Virus record (IMG/VR): IMGVR_UViG_3300020412_000001
Location: 6,062 to 70,061 of that record
DNA length: 64,000 nucleotides
Strand: one strand, 5' to 3'
DNA from: a virus
Lineage: Duplodnaviria > Caudoviricetes
Below are positions 38,917 through 50,515 of the stretch, piece by piece. Position 1 is the stretch's first letter. The number at the start of each line of letters is the position of its first letter. A program made the translations under genes and the position numbers. The notes under the pieces are model-generated. The model saw only the letters and a list, made by a program, of their open reading frames with translations, did no database searches and was not told where the DNA came from.

Positions 38917-41201
38917 TTAAAAGATTGTCTTGGTGTTCATAGTATTTTTTAGTGTATCGGTATAGATGCATTGCTTATGATTATAATTATCAATTATATA
39001 GACCGTTCTGTTGTCGTCTAATATCTTACGTCCCTCTTTACTAATAATTCTATGTGCATCATCATCAAAAATGCTTACAACACATCTTATTGGCGTAAGG
39101 TTTATTAGGTCTGATATTTTAAAAGCCACCTATGTCTTCTTTATGGTTATCACCTATAATTGCATCACTACAATTTTCTAAATCTTGCAATTCTTTTTTA
39201 ACTTTTTTCCAATAGTTTTTATTAGATACTGTTATTTTTCTTTCACCTACCATAGTTAAAGTTTTTCTTTTTTTGCTTGGTTCAGCTTCAATAATAAAAC
39301 CAACACAAAGCAAAGCCTTTTCAATACTTCCAATATTAGGTTTTACTACGTCAGTACTATTTGTAAATTTTTCTGCTAATTCCTTTGCTTTTGCTTTAGG
39401 TGTCATAATTAAGTTTTTTTTAATGTCTTTTAATAAAGTTTCTTGACTATACACCTCGCTTAAAGTGCTTTCGTACAAACACCCATAATTATGTGCCATT
39501 TTAATAATTTCTTCTATACTCATCGTTTATTGTCTCCTATAATTGCATCACTACCTTTTAGAAAATCTGAAACTTTAGGAGAGTTTATTTTATCAAAAAC
39601 CTCTGTTGATTCCCATTCTTGTTTAACTGTTCTGTCTGGTGTGTTTTTAAAGTGTTCTTTCAACTTATCTTTTATTGTTTTCATAATTGAATTAATTTGT
39701 AGTTGATTTTAAAACATTCTTTGTTGCCGTTATTTCAAAATCATAATGCCAGCTCACATTAGTTTCACAACTTAAAGCATACATAATACTTGATTTTCTT
39801 ATAAGAATTTCAGTTACAATTCTCTCAATCTGTTCTGTGTCTGTTTCTAAGTAAACCCTATCAGAAATATTAAATTTGTTATCTATTAACATCATTTATC
39901 TTATTCTAATCATAAACTTTATTAAGTCTTCAAAATGATGATACGGAACTGTTATGTGTATATCATTTTTACTATAATCATCTTCAGGAATATATAATAA
40001 CGTAACTTTTTTTGAATCATTTACTATTTCCCAATTTGAATCATTTACTATTTCCCAATTTGAATGATCGCTTTCCGATACCCATAGTTTTTTCCAATAA
40101 GCACGATAAAGAATTAAGTATAAAAGCTTTTTTTTTAGTTGCTTAAATTTCCATTTCATAAACATTCATTTTTATGTTTTTCTTCTTGCATAAAGTAATA
40201 AGCATTCCTAGCTCCTAATTCGTAAGCCGTTCTAAAGTTTTGGTTTTTTTGATAAAACCCATCTTTTTCCAAATGATCGTTTAGGTCTTCATATTCGGGT
40301 AAATGATTAATAGATTTTGTTATTTCTGCTGCCAAAGCTCTGTAATGTTTCTCTTTTATAGTAGCCCTGCCATCTAAGCCTAAGCTTTCAAATTCTTTTA
40401 GTATTCTTACAATCTCTTCCATATTTTTTTATTCTTTCTTTTGGTGTTCATAAAACATAGTTAGCAATTCAAATGTGCTAAATTGCATAGTATCTGTTTC
40501 TTTTAAAAACTTGATTGCTTTTCTTTCAATATCTGTAAATTGATATGATTTGGAGTGGTTTTTATTTTCAAGAAGTTTAATACGTTCAGATATATTGTTT
40601 AAATATTTTTCTGCATATTCTATCATAACTCCTGCAAATAATTTTCTTTCTCCTTTATGGTTGGTAATCAAATTATGAGGATGGAATCCTTGTGACATTA
40701 AAAATTCTTCTGCTTCAGTCATTTTTTATTTTTTTATACTTATCAATTTTTTTTAAATACCTCTGTAATCCATCTGAATGAATAACCCATCTATCAATTC
40801 TATTATCGTAATAGCCAATTCTATTAATGCCTTCAAAAAAACATATAACCATATTTTTTTTAAACTTTTTCATACTCTCTTGTTTTAAAACTTTTGTGAT
40901 TTAGTCATATTATTTTTTTTTAAAAGTGGCGTATGGTTACGGTCTAAGTCCATACTCCGAGTTTCTTTAATTAAAGTGTTCTCTCACATACTCCGTTTTG
41001 GGATCGCCACTTTTTTTTTAATTTTAGAAAATCTCTTCCAATATCTGTTACTGGAATTGCTTTGCTTACCCTATATTCATCGTTACTCAATTTATCATCT
41101 TCAATAAGTTTTAAATGACCTTGATTTATCATTTCTTTATATGATTTATTAAGTGCGTTAAAATGTTTTTTTATTTCTTCTTTTGTGGGTAAAAAATCCA
41201 T
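38917..41201 (-). other. Cluster of small hypothetical genes (38917-39129, 39119-39523, 39520-39684, 39692-39895, 39896-40165, 40156-40422, 40429-40722, 40971-41201)
   Basis: Co-oriented, closely spaced ORFs; 39520-39684 (54 aa) read by hand. Confidence 0.55.
40011..40065. repeat. 24-bp perfect tandem duplication inside an ORF
   Basis: TTTGAATCATTTACTATTTCCCAA x2 plus partial copy; encodes SNWEIVND twice. Confidence 0.9.
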
Positions 41202-41206
41202 TTTTA

Positions 41207-41650
41207 TTATTTTATTTTAAACTGTTGTAATGCTAAGTGATAAAGGTGTACTGCATCTGCTTGGTTGTCATCTATAGGTTTAAAACCGTAAGTTTCTTGG
41301 CAAGCCTTTATCATTGCATCTTTATTAGAATTACCTTTGCCTGTGGCAAATTTTTTTATTTCTGAAGCTGAATAATCTTTGTAATCCAAATTGTTTTCCT
41401 CACAATACGATACGATAACACCTTCAAAATTAGCGTGAGAACGTAAGCCATTGTAATGACGACCTCCTGGTTTTTCATATACAATTAATGTAACTTCTTC
41501 TGCTTCAACAATTTCGTGTATAGATGACTTCATCTTAATGAATTTCATACCATTACTTTCGTATGACTTTGGTTTTAAATCCCATATTCCAGATGCCGTT
41601 TCTGTACAATATCCTGTTGTTGATGCAGGATCTAACGCTAATATTTTCAT
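41207..41650 (-). CDS. RuvC-like Holliday junction resolvase
   Basis: ILALDPASTTGY, IVYEKP, IKKFATGKGNSNKDAM, DDNQADA motifs. Confidence 0.75.
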   Translation of the reverse strand: MKILALDPASTTGYCTETASGIWDLKPKSYESNGMKFIKMKSSIHEIVEAEEVTLIVYEKPGGRHYNGLRSHANFEGVIVSYCEENNLDYKDYSASEIKKFATGKGNSNKDAMIKACQETYGFKPIDDNQADAVHLYHLALQQFKIK

Positions 41651-42365
41651 TACACTACTTTATTAAATTGAACAATCAAGTTGTCTTTCCAATACTTTGG
41701 ATCTTTCTTATATTCATCCAGAAGCTTGTTTATCATCGGCATCTCATCCACACCCAATTCTGCTATCTTACCAATGGCATTATCTATCTGATTGAAAATA
41801 TTTGTGCAAAATTCATTATCTGCCTTATATACACGCTCAATCTGTGTCTTTATCTGCTTTTCTACTTCTTGTGTCGCCTTATTTACAGTATGCTTTAACG
41901 TCTTCTTGAAAAATGGTGTTTCTTCTAAGTCGTCATTTGCCTCTATTAATAATTGGCCATACAATAAGACCTTAAGTATTCTTACTTGCGCTTCTTCGTG
42001 GTTCATTATAATTCGATTTTTATTTCAATGTTTTTTATCAAGCGTACAATTTGTTGTACCTCGTGGACGTAATTAAACGTTACATTTTCATAAGGGAATA
42101 AATACACACCTTTCTTATCCTTCTCAAAATTGATAATAGCCAAGTCTGAATCGAATGTAGCGCCTTTGTGTAACGGTAAGTTCCAATAAAAGCCTTCTGA
42201 TAAGTCCTTATCGTTGTAATAAACCTTGTTAAAGCCTAATAACGAATACCAATGGTCGTCTAAATCCACAGCTTCCACCGTGTGTAGTTCTTGAAATGTG
42301 CTGTGGGTTACTGTCGTGTAGTCACCATCGACAAGCTTTACCCAATCGTTTAATTGAAATCCCAT
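41650..42365 (-). other. Two hypothetical proteins (41650-42006, 42006-42365)
   Basis: 42006-42365 shares the family pattern (L..WV...L...W...LGF...YVHEVQ) with cassette gene 51505-51906. Confidence 0.55.
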
Positions 42366-42369
42366 ATCC

Positions 42370-42783
42370 TTAGTTGTTTATAAATTGTTTTAAATTTGGT
42401 GGTGTAAATCGTTTGCTCTTTAACACCTTGCCAATTGGCTTATTCATATCATACACGCCATTAGTGCCGTTTATTACAGGTTTACCCTTAGCATCTAATT
42501 TGCTCATATTGCTTCTATGTATCTCATTAAACACGTCTTCTATAATGTCTTGCATACCGTGTTCTAATATCGTTCCTAACAAGATGTATAATTGGTCGCC
42601 CAATGCATCTGCAATCTCCACAACATCATCTTCAGCACAAGCTTCAAAGTATTCTTCCAATTCTTCTGAACCTAACTTACTTCTCAATGAGAAATCTTCT
42701 AAAGGAATGTTTATCGGTCTTCTTCTCGTTGTTCTCCCAAAGGCATCTTGAAATTCCTTTACTTGTTTAATTTGTTTTTGCAT
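42370..42783 (-). CDS. MazG-like NTP pyrophosphohydrolase
   Basis: EELEEY...EIADALGDQLYILLG...EIHRSNMSK motifs. Confidence 0.8.
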   Translation of the reverse strand: MQKQIKQVKEFQDAFGRTTRRRPINIPLEDFSLRSKLGSEELEEYFEACAEDDVVEIADALGDQLYILLGTILEHGMQDIIEDVFNEIHRSNMSKLDAKGKPVINGTNGVYDMNKPIGKVLKSKRFTPPNLKQFINN

Positions 42784-42890
42784 AGTCTTCTAATGTTTTT
42801 CCCAATTCCTTGAAATCTATCTCTTCTCCTGTCTCACAATCAAAGGCTTTATACCAACCCCTACGCTCTAACAGTAATATCTTCTTGTTG

Positions 42891-43124
42891 TTAATCAATA
42901 TCTTCATCACATTGTATTGACAACATCACAACAGCAAACCAACTATGTAACACCTGCATCCCACATTCCCTCCAAAAAGTTCCATTGAACAAGACATCCA
43001 ATAAATTCAAATGCTTATAGCCAGAGTTTATCCTCATCCTAAACAATACCTGCTGTGCAAACAAAAACATCGCTATCACACAACCTATCACATACATTAA
43101 GACTATACTTAAAAAAACTACCAT
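42891..43124 (-). CDS. Small membrane protein, first leftward middle gene
   Basis: Hydrophobic 77-aa ORF just downstream of a minus-strand TATATTTG near 43149-43156. Confidence 0.45.
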   Translation of the reverse strand: MVVFLSIVLMYVIGCVIAMFLFAQQVLFRMRINSGYKHLNLLDVLFNGTFWRECGMQVLHSWFAVVMLSIQCDEDID

Positions 43125-43237
43125 ATCTAATATTATTAATTTATATCACAAATATAATATTTTTATACAACATTCTTTTATTTAAACACACTTTAACATA
43201 ATATTATTATACTAATTATACATCAAAACATATAAAG

Positions 43238-43280
43238 AAGGTTCGTGTATATCGAACTTAAGGTTCGTGTATATCGAACT
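43238..43280. repeat. Tandem palindromic 21-bp repeats in the non-coding divergence region
   Basis: AAGGTTCGTGTATATCGAACT at 43238-43258 and 43260-43280, each GTTCG-N7-CGAAC. Confidence 0.85.
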
Positions 43281-44356
43281 ACAAACACACTCTTGTATCT
43301 GTAAATCAATAACTTAACCTGTTTCAAAACACTATAATTTATTGAGTATAAACTTTTCTTTTTTAATTATACAAATACCTCTATTGAAATAGTATAAAAA
43401 CTATAGTAAACGTTCATATCTAAACAACATATCTATATCGGTATAAATACCATTAAACATTAATTATATGCTTTTAAACACTTAAAGAGAATCTTCCTAG
43501 ATTAATTACTAGACTTATTATTAAACTTATTACAAGATTGATTACTTAACTCTTTCTTCTTATGACAAGATTGATTCTAGAAGTTTTGTTCTTTTATTCT
43601 GTGTACTTGTTGTTGGGATGATATACAGTATATCAGCAAACGCCACCAATTCCAAAAATGCTTTAATTTTACCCTAGCCCCTTACATTTGTATTATGATC
43701 TTCAGATTTTTTAGGTTTTTTGCTGTCTGCTCTACTATATTTTTTTAGTACTACTTTTGTTTTAATCCTTTTACGGTCACTAACTTTTTTACTTAACTAA
43801 CTGTATTTAAGGAAACTATATATTTTTATAGTATTATTTTCACAGTAAATTATACAATTAGTAAACTATTATAATGTATTAAGATCTTTTATATCTCTTC
43901 CTGGTCCTACTCCTGGATCTGTTGTTAACTATTAGTTGTATTGCATCTTTATTTTCTTTTTAACTCCTGGTTTACTACGTGCATACGTACTTAAAAATCT
44001 TACAATATCATCAACGTTTAACAATTCATAACTAAAACAGTATAAATAGTAATACAATTTAATAGTATTAATTAAAGAGAATCAATATAGAATAATATAA
44101 TAGTATTAAGGTGTAAAGATTAGTATTAGATTAATATCAGTATTTAAATGTTCTATAATCATTTTAATAACGTTTAAAGCGTTGTTATTATTGGTGTTAA
44201 CGTTTGTATCATTATTTTATTTTAAGTCGTTTATATCAGCTTATAAGTACAATTTAATAGTATTAAGGTGTAATATCTTTTAATATAATGACTGTTAAAA
44301 ATGTTAAAGAATGTTAAAGTTTTGATACAAATTTGTTTTATTAGATATAATGGTTA

Positions 44357-44364
44357 TATATTTG
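44357..44364 (+). promoter_or_regulatory. Early promoter -7 element TATATTTG
   Basis: TAnnTTTG followed by the ACAACAATTTAAA leader and ATG 44404. Confidence 0.6.
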
Positions 44365-44403
44365 TGCATATAATTAATAACAACAATTTAAAAATTACTA
44401 AGA

Positions 44404-44672
44404 TGACTACAATTAAGAACATTTTAAACCCAAGACAGAGAAGGATAATTTTAATTTCGTTTGCCTGGAATCCTACAGGGCAATATATAACAGATATTAA
44501 AGACTTGCCTCAAGTATTAAAAGAATTAGATCCAGGTAAGGGTATTGAATTTATTAAGGAGTTTGATAATACTACTTTAAAGTTTAAAAGAGTAAGCAAA
44601 AAAACAATCCTTAGTAGCACCTGGAACGCTGAAGAGTTAGAGATATTAAAATTACACCCTTATTTTTTATAA
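44404..44672 (+). CDS. First early hypothetical protein
   Basis: Start re-assigned to AAG-ATG at 44404 (MTTIKNILNPR). Confidence 0.6.
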
Positions 44673-44800
44673 TAGATAGTTAACAATATTTTTAACTGCC
44701 ATTTTAAAGATATTGAAATAGTCGAAGACATTTTAAGTCCTGAAGACTATGTAAGCACAAGCCCAAAAAAATAAATAATAACAATTTAAAACCTAAAGAG

Positions 44801-45691
44801 ATGAACATTTTTAAAAAGTATTGCCCGAATGTATTTGTAGCACAATGTGAAGAGGCACAGACCAAAGGCGAAACAATCATTTTAACAACCAAATACGGAA
44901 AGGAAGTCGAGTGTATTGTATTTAATTACTTAGGAACAACAAGAGAGAATAAAAAACTTTATTCAATAGTAAGAGCAGACGGATATAACACGCAAGAAAG
45001 AGCGAAAGCAAAAGCGGAGAAATTAAACGGCTATGCGGGTAATGCAGAAAAAAGAAGCAATCAAGCGTGGGAAGCTTCAAAAGAGGGTAAAGATTTTTTA
45101 TCACTTGGCGAGCCGATTAAAGTAGGACACCACAGCGAGAAGAGACACAGGGCTTTAATTCAGCGCAATTGGGATCGTATGGATAAATCGAGGCAAGAAA
45201 AAGAAAAAGCAGAAGATTATAAAAGACGTGCGGAGTATTGGGAGAGCAAGGCCAATGACATTAATTTATCAATGCCAGAGAGCTTAGAATATTATGAGTA
45301 TAAATTGCAAGAAGCAAAAGATAAACACAAATTTTTAAAAGACAATCCAGAAAAAAGAGCGCATAGTTTTTCCTTAACGTATGCAAAGAAAGACGTTAAT
45401 ACAATGCAAAAGAATTTAGACACAGCCGTTAAATTATGGGGATCTGAAGAAGAAATAAAACAAGTAGACGAAGAGAAGAAAGAGAAGGCAGAAGCAAAAG
45501 CCAGGAAGAGAAACAAGACAGACGAAAAAATTGATAACCTTGGCGGATTCTTTGCGTTTAATAACGATCAATTCAAGAAGGGTATAAATAAGATTAAAGA
45601 GAGTGGCCACCTGGAGGAAGGCGAGAAAGTAACGCATATTACAGCGGGTTTATATATACCATCTAAAAACGTTGATGCATTTTTAAAATAA
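44801..45691 (+). CDS. DUF3560 domain protein
   Basis: Hallmark GEPIKVGHHSEKRHR motif. Confidence 0.8.
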   Translation: MNIFKKYCPNVFVAQCEEAQTKGETIILTTKYGKEVECIVFNYLGTTRENKKLYSIVRADGYNTQERAKAKAEKLNGYAGNAEKRSNQAWEASKEGKDFLSLGEPIKVGHHSEKRHRALIQRNWDRMDKSRQEKEKAEDYKRRAEYWESKANDINLSMPESLEYYEYKLQEAKDKHKFLKDNPEKRAHSFSLTYAKKDVNTMQKNLDTAVKLWGSEEEIKQVDEEKKEKAEAKARKRNKTDEKIDNLGGFFAFNNDQFKKGINKIKESGHLEEGEKVTHITAGLYIPSKNVDAFLK

Positions 45692-45781
45692 ATCGAAACG
45701 GTTATTAATTTAACCGTCATAGTTTAAGCCTTGAAAAAACTATCTGAAGAGCAACGGCACAACAATTAAAAACTTATAAAG

Positions 45782-48707
45782 ATGATCAATTTAGTAAAAG
45801 AATTTACAAGAGAATTTAATGTAATTACAAAGGTTACAATTTACGCCATATGTATAGGTATATTTTTTATATGCATAAGCTTATTTGTTAGCGTGATCTT
45901 AAACGCGGGGAACATCCAGTTTAACTATAAATATTAATAAGATGACGGCAGTAATTATAACAATTCAAGGCGAAGTAAGGAAACAAACAAATTTATTGGA
46001 AGACCTCAAAAAAATGCCTAATCAACACACAGGTGCAATTAAAGATCTTGAAAAATCAATTAAACAGCATAAGGAAGCAATAAAGTTATTAAATAAAAAC
46101 TAACAACAATACAAACAGTACTAAAAATCTGGAAATAAACCAATACAACAACAATTTAAAGACAATAAGATGAAGACAATTAATAAATTAAGTAAAGTTA
46201 ACGAGACTATAAAATACTTACTAGATGAAGTTAACACAATTGAAGAATATGAAGCCAGGAACGACTTTAATACAAGAGACGGAAAAATTGTATCTAATAT
46301 AAAAGTTTATGAATGGATAGATGAAGACGATGTTAAAGACGTTATACAAAATGAAAATTTAGAGCAGTTACAGGAATCTATTTTAGAAGAATTTAACAGC
46401 GAAAGGCTTATTAATATTAAACACCACGTAAGCGAAACAGAAATTTCTCACTTAAAAGAACGTTTTGAAGAAAATGTAGATCTTAACAACTATGAGAAAC
46501 AAGCTATATTATACGGCACATACAAAGCGGGAAATATAACGCCTGAAGATAGATTTACAACTAAATACAAATACTATATAGAATCCTTTGAGGCGTTTAA
46601 AAAAAGAAAAAACAATACACAAAAAGACTATTTAACCCACCTTATTAAACAAGACCCACAAGGATATAAAGAACTAAAAAGAAGGCAATTAATAAATTTT
46701 GAATGTAGGCAGTATGGAAGATCTGGAGGATGGTTTTCTATTTGTGATGCAGACGAACTAGAAAATTGTGAAAGTGACTTTTTTAATTTAATTGATGATC
46801 TAGATAACACAGAAGACAACAACGAATTTAATGAAATTTTAAGAGATCACAATTATTTTTCAGAAGATAAAAGACAATTAATAAAAGACATAGAAGAATT
46901 TATTAATGAATGGAACGAGAGAAAAGAAGCAATACAACACTATGTTAAAGAGGTAGAAGAAAGCACCAAATACTTTAAAAGTATACTAAAAGAACAATTA
47001 AGTTATGAAATAGACACGTTTATACAAGAAGATCTAAATTTTGAAAATTCTAATTGTAAAATATCAATAGAAGATAACAAAGTAAAAACAACTCTAGGAG
47101 TTTCAGTTAATTTAGAAGAGTTTAAGACAGCGTTTAATAATGTAATACACATCTTTAAAAACTTAAAGCAAGGAGAAAAAGCACCTATTAAGAAGCACGT
47201 AGGAGGTTATTTTGTAGAGTACGCAAAAAAAGTAGAGAGCGACATTTTAATAAAAGCGGGATGTCATAAATTTTCTCTAAACAATATTAACAAAGTATTA
47301 CAAGCCTAAAAATTTAATTGTTGTTAACCTGGAGATAACTTCAAAAGGTAACAACATAAAAAACTAACAAGATGGCAACAGCATATATTAATCTTTCAAT
47401 ATTCACAACTGAGATAAAAAAGAAGAACGGAGAAATTTTAAGGGTTAAACCAAATAAAAGCGCAGAAACAACAAAAGAAAACCCTTTTGTAAAGATAAGA
47501 TTTTCAGGACTAGAACAACACTTTAAAAAATTATAAAAACTAAGAAGATGACAACGACAGACAAAAAAATATTATTCCAGGAAGTACTAGAAGGCAACGC
47601 AAAAATGTTTTTTAATGGATGTAACAATAAGGCGGAATATTTTTGTTACGACAAAAACACAGCTAACTATTTTGAAAACTTTACTTCAGATCAAATAAGG
47701 CAATTAGCAGTTAACTATTTTAAGGTATTGTTAACCGAGAAAGCCAACGAAATGAACAAGCAATATTTAACTAATAATATTTAACAAGATGCAAAACGCC
47801 TTAGACTTTTATAACACACCGCAAGACAAGAAAAACGAAATAAGAAAGCAAATAAAGCGTATTAAAAGCGGAATAATACAAAAACACTTTGCCATAACAC
47901 CAATAACAAAGACGGCAGACAAAAAGCGTATACAGATCATAACAGAACTACAAAGACAATTACAAACAATTTAAAATTAACATAAATAGATATAATATTT
48001 TAACACAAATTTAGTATAATTATATTCTATTACATATAATATATTTGTATTTTCGTATAACCAATTTAATACTTATAAAGATGAAATTAGTAACATTTAC
48101 AGAAGAAAAAAACAAAGGAAAAATCATAAACCTTATACCAGTACATATAAATAAAATGAGGTGTGAAAATTATTTTTGGCATTGGTCAAGCAATCACGGA
48201 GACTGGATTAGAACAGAAAAAATACCAGAAGATTTAAAAAAAGCTTATAAAAATCCATTGTTAAAAAGTAACTACAAATAAGATGACTGTAAAAGAAGGT
48301 AAAGAATTAATCATTCAATTAGAAGAAGAAATTAATCAAGGCATAGATATAGAACTTAACAGACAATGGATAAGGCACATTAAAAAATCTATTGTAGAAG
48401 CTAGCGTAAAAGCATTCAAGAAAGCATTAAACAATTTAAACCAATAAAGATGACAACATATAACGACTGTCTGGAAATAAAAAAACTAGCTGAAGAACAG
48501 GTCGAAAACTATCAAATGATACTTTCAACATTCAAAAGAGAGAAAAACGGACTCATAAAATACAAAGAACGCATTAAGCCAGAGTATAAAGATGCTAGAA
48601 AATGCTTTAAACAATGGTTTAAACGCTTACAATCAATTAATAGGCATATACACACCAACTTTAAAAAAGAACACCTTAAAAACACTCTAAAAAACAGTTT
48701 AAACTAA
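45782..48707 (+). other. Early small-gene cluster (45782-45937, 45942-46103, 46170-47309, 47372-47536, 47548-47784, 47789-47974, 48081-48281, 48283-48447, 48450-48707)
   Basis: Contiguous ORFs almost all starting with AAGATG; several below the ORF-track cutoff were translated by hand. The 379-aa 46170-47309 has a GRSGGW motif. Confidence 0.6.
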
Positions 48708-48880
48708 TAATATTATGTCTTGGGTAATAGTAAATAAAGAAACAGAGAAGGCAGTATTTGAAACTTGGAAAAAAAGTCTAACACAAAAAATTAATACTAA
48801 AAAATATAAAGTTGTACCGATAAAAGAATGGCTTAGTAGTTTAAGCGAAAAATAACAACAACAATTTAAACAACACAAAG

Positions 48881-49375
48881 ATGAAAAAGCTAATATTAAT
48901 AATTTGTATCTTAAATACAATACATTCAACATCACAAAATATTCATTTTAACCAAGAAGAAGCATTTAAAATTCATTTAGGACTAGATCCAGGAGGAACA
49001 ATAAATGATGGCCTTATAAACGCTAATATCGAAATTGAGTACATAGGATTCATTTATGCTAAACTAGGATCACAAGTACACACAGGATTAAATCCTAACT
49101 ATTTAGATATTCATTTTGGCATAGGCTTAAATCTTATGCTAGATAAATTCAACAACTACAGAAGCTACATAGGTTTAAGAGGTGGCAGAATATACAGAGA
49201 AGACAAAGCAAGAGTACCATTTTTAGGTGCAGAAACAGGACTAGACTATACTATTAATCCTTCAATTTCAGTAGGTGTAAGAGCAACCTACGACCACAGG
49301 ACAGAAGGAGATTTTTTAGGATATGATAGATTCTGGCAAGACAATTATACAATAAGAATAGGAATAACAATTTAA
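48881..49375 (+). CDS. Outer-membrane beta-barrel protein with signal peptide
   Basis: Sec-type leader MKKLILIICILNTIHSTSQ, alternating amphipathic strands, terminal strand YTIRIGITI. Confidence 0.6.
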   Translation: MKKLILIICILNTIHSTSQNIHFNQEEAFKIHLGLDPGGTINDGLINANIEIEYIGFIYAKLGSQVHTGLNPNYLDIHFGIGLNLMLDKFNNYRSYIGLRGGRIYREDKARVPFLGAETGLDYTINPSISVGVRATYDHRTEGDFLGYDRFWQDNYTIRIGITI

Positions 49376-49836
49376 AACTTAAAGAGATGATACGATTAAT
49401 AGAAGACAAGCTAAGAAAAGGATATTTTTATGCTTCATTGGAGATTAACAATATAACATTCAATTCTGAAATAGTCAAGACAAAGCCCGACTGGATCGCA
49501 TTCTCAAAAATAAACAATTTAAAATTTGGTACAGATGAAATCTAAAACCATAAAGACGGTAAAGCTAAACACAGGAGTAGTGATCGAGCATAAATTACAC
49601 GAAGGAAAAGTAAATGTAATAATTACACAAACACCTAAATTTAAGCATTTTGTATGCAATATTTAGTATAAATTAATTACATTAATATAATATATAACTA
49701 TATTTACAATGCAAACAAATAGAAACGAGATAAAGAAACCAGAAGCAAAGGTAAAAGACATAAACTTTAAGATGACACCTAAGACAAACTGTTATTCAGA
49801 ATGGGTGTATTTAATTCAACAAACAGAGAAGAAACA

Positions 49837-50085
49837 ATGGCAGTAAGCGAAGTAATGAAAGATTTAGGATATAGGATAAAGGAAGAGCGCAACAAGCAAG
49901 CGTTAACACAAAGACAGTTGGCAAAATCTGTATTTGGAGACACAGAGATGCACTCTTACATATACCTAATCGAAAACGGAAAGAAGGAGATCACATTTAG
50001 AACATTGGAGAAATTCTGCAATGCATTAAACCTTAAAGCAGAAATAAACATTCAAGAAATAGTAGAGGAAGTAAAAGAAGATTGA
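49837..50085 (+). CDS. XRE-family HTH regulator
   Basis: RIKEERNKQALTQRQLAK...IYLIENGKKEITFRTLEKFCNAL. Confidence 0.8.
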   Translation: MAVSEVMKDLGYRIKEERNKQALTQRQLAKSVFGDTEMHSYIYLIENGKKEITFRTLEKFCNALNLKAEINIQEIVEEVKED

Positions 50086-50109
50086 TTACGTCCTATGGCA
50101 ATTGCCACC

Positions 50110-50233
50110 AACGGTTTGGGTATGGTGGCGTTGCGACCTTACAGCACGGACTTAATTTATAAACACAAAACTTTTAATTATGAAAGACGATAACAAAAAG
50201 AACGAAAAAGAGCAATGCATTATACCTGTTGTT
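50110..50233. repeat. attC-like site S1
   Basis: AAC-GGTTT-GGGTATGGTGGCGTTGC ... GCAATGCATTATACCT-GTT-GTT. Confidence 0.75.
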
Positions 50234-50515
50234 ACCCGCAGTTTTGAGGGGTGGACAAGGTTTAATATGAATCACTATTGCTTAGTGCAACCTAACGAAA
50301 GAGGTAAGGAACAATTTATTAAAAGTTGGATGCTTACAATGAGTAGAACAGAAGCAGAAGATTACTATAATAGCCTACTTGATGAAGATGGATATATGAA
50401 ACTCCAACTTTGGTCTGCATTTGAATACTTTGGTGATAGTATGAATATTGGAATGGGTGCGTTGCACGCAAATGAATTTTACTTACAAACCGAGCGTTTG
50501 GAAAATTGCGGGTAA
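50180..50515 (+). CDS. Cassette 1 protein (111 aa)
   Basis: Starts in the S1 loop, reads through the right arm (QCIIPVVTRS), stop TAA lies within the terminal GGTAAC. Confidence 0.7.
   Translation: MKDDNKKNEKEQCIIPVVTRSFEGWTRFNMNHYCLVQPNERGKEQFIKSWMLTMSRTEAEDYYNSLLDEDGYMKLQLWSAFEYFGDSMNIGMGALHANEFYLQTERLENCG

Noticed and set aside
43238-43280. LexA (SOS) box
   Set aside because: Junction gives CGAAC-N5-GTTCG rather than the Gram-positive N4 spacing, and the host lineage is not expected to use that box.
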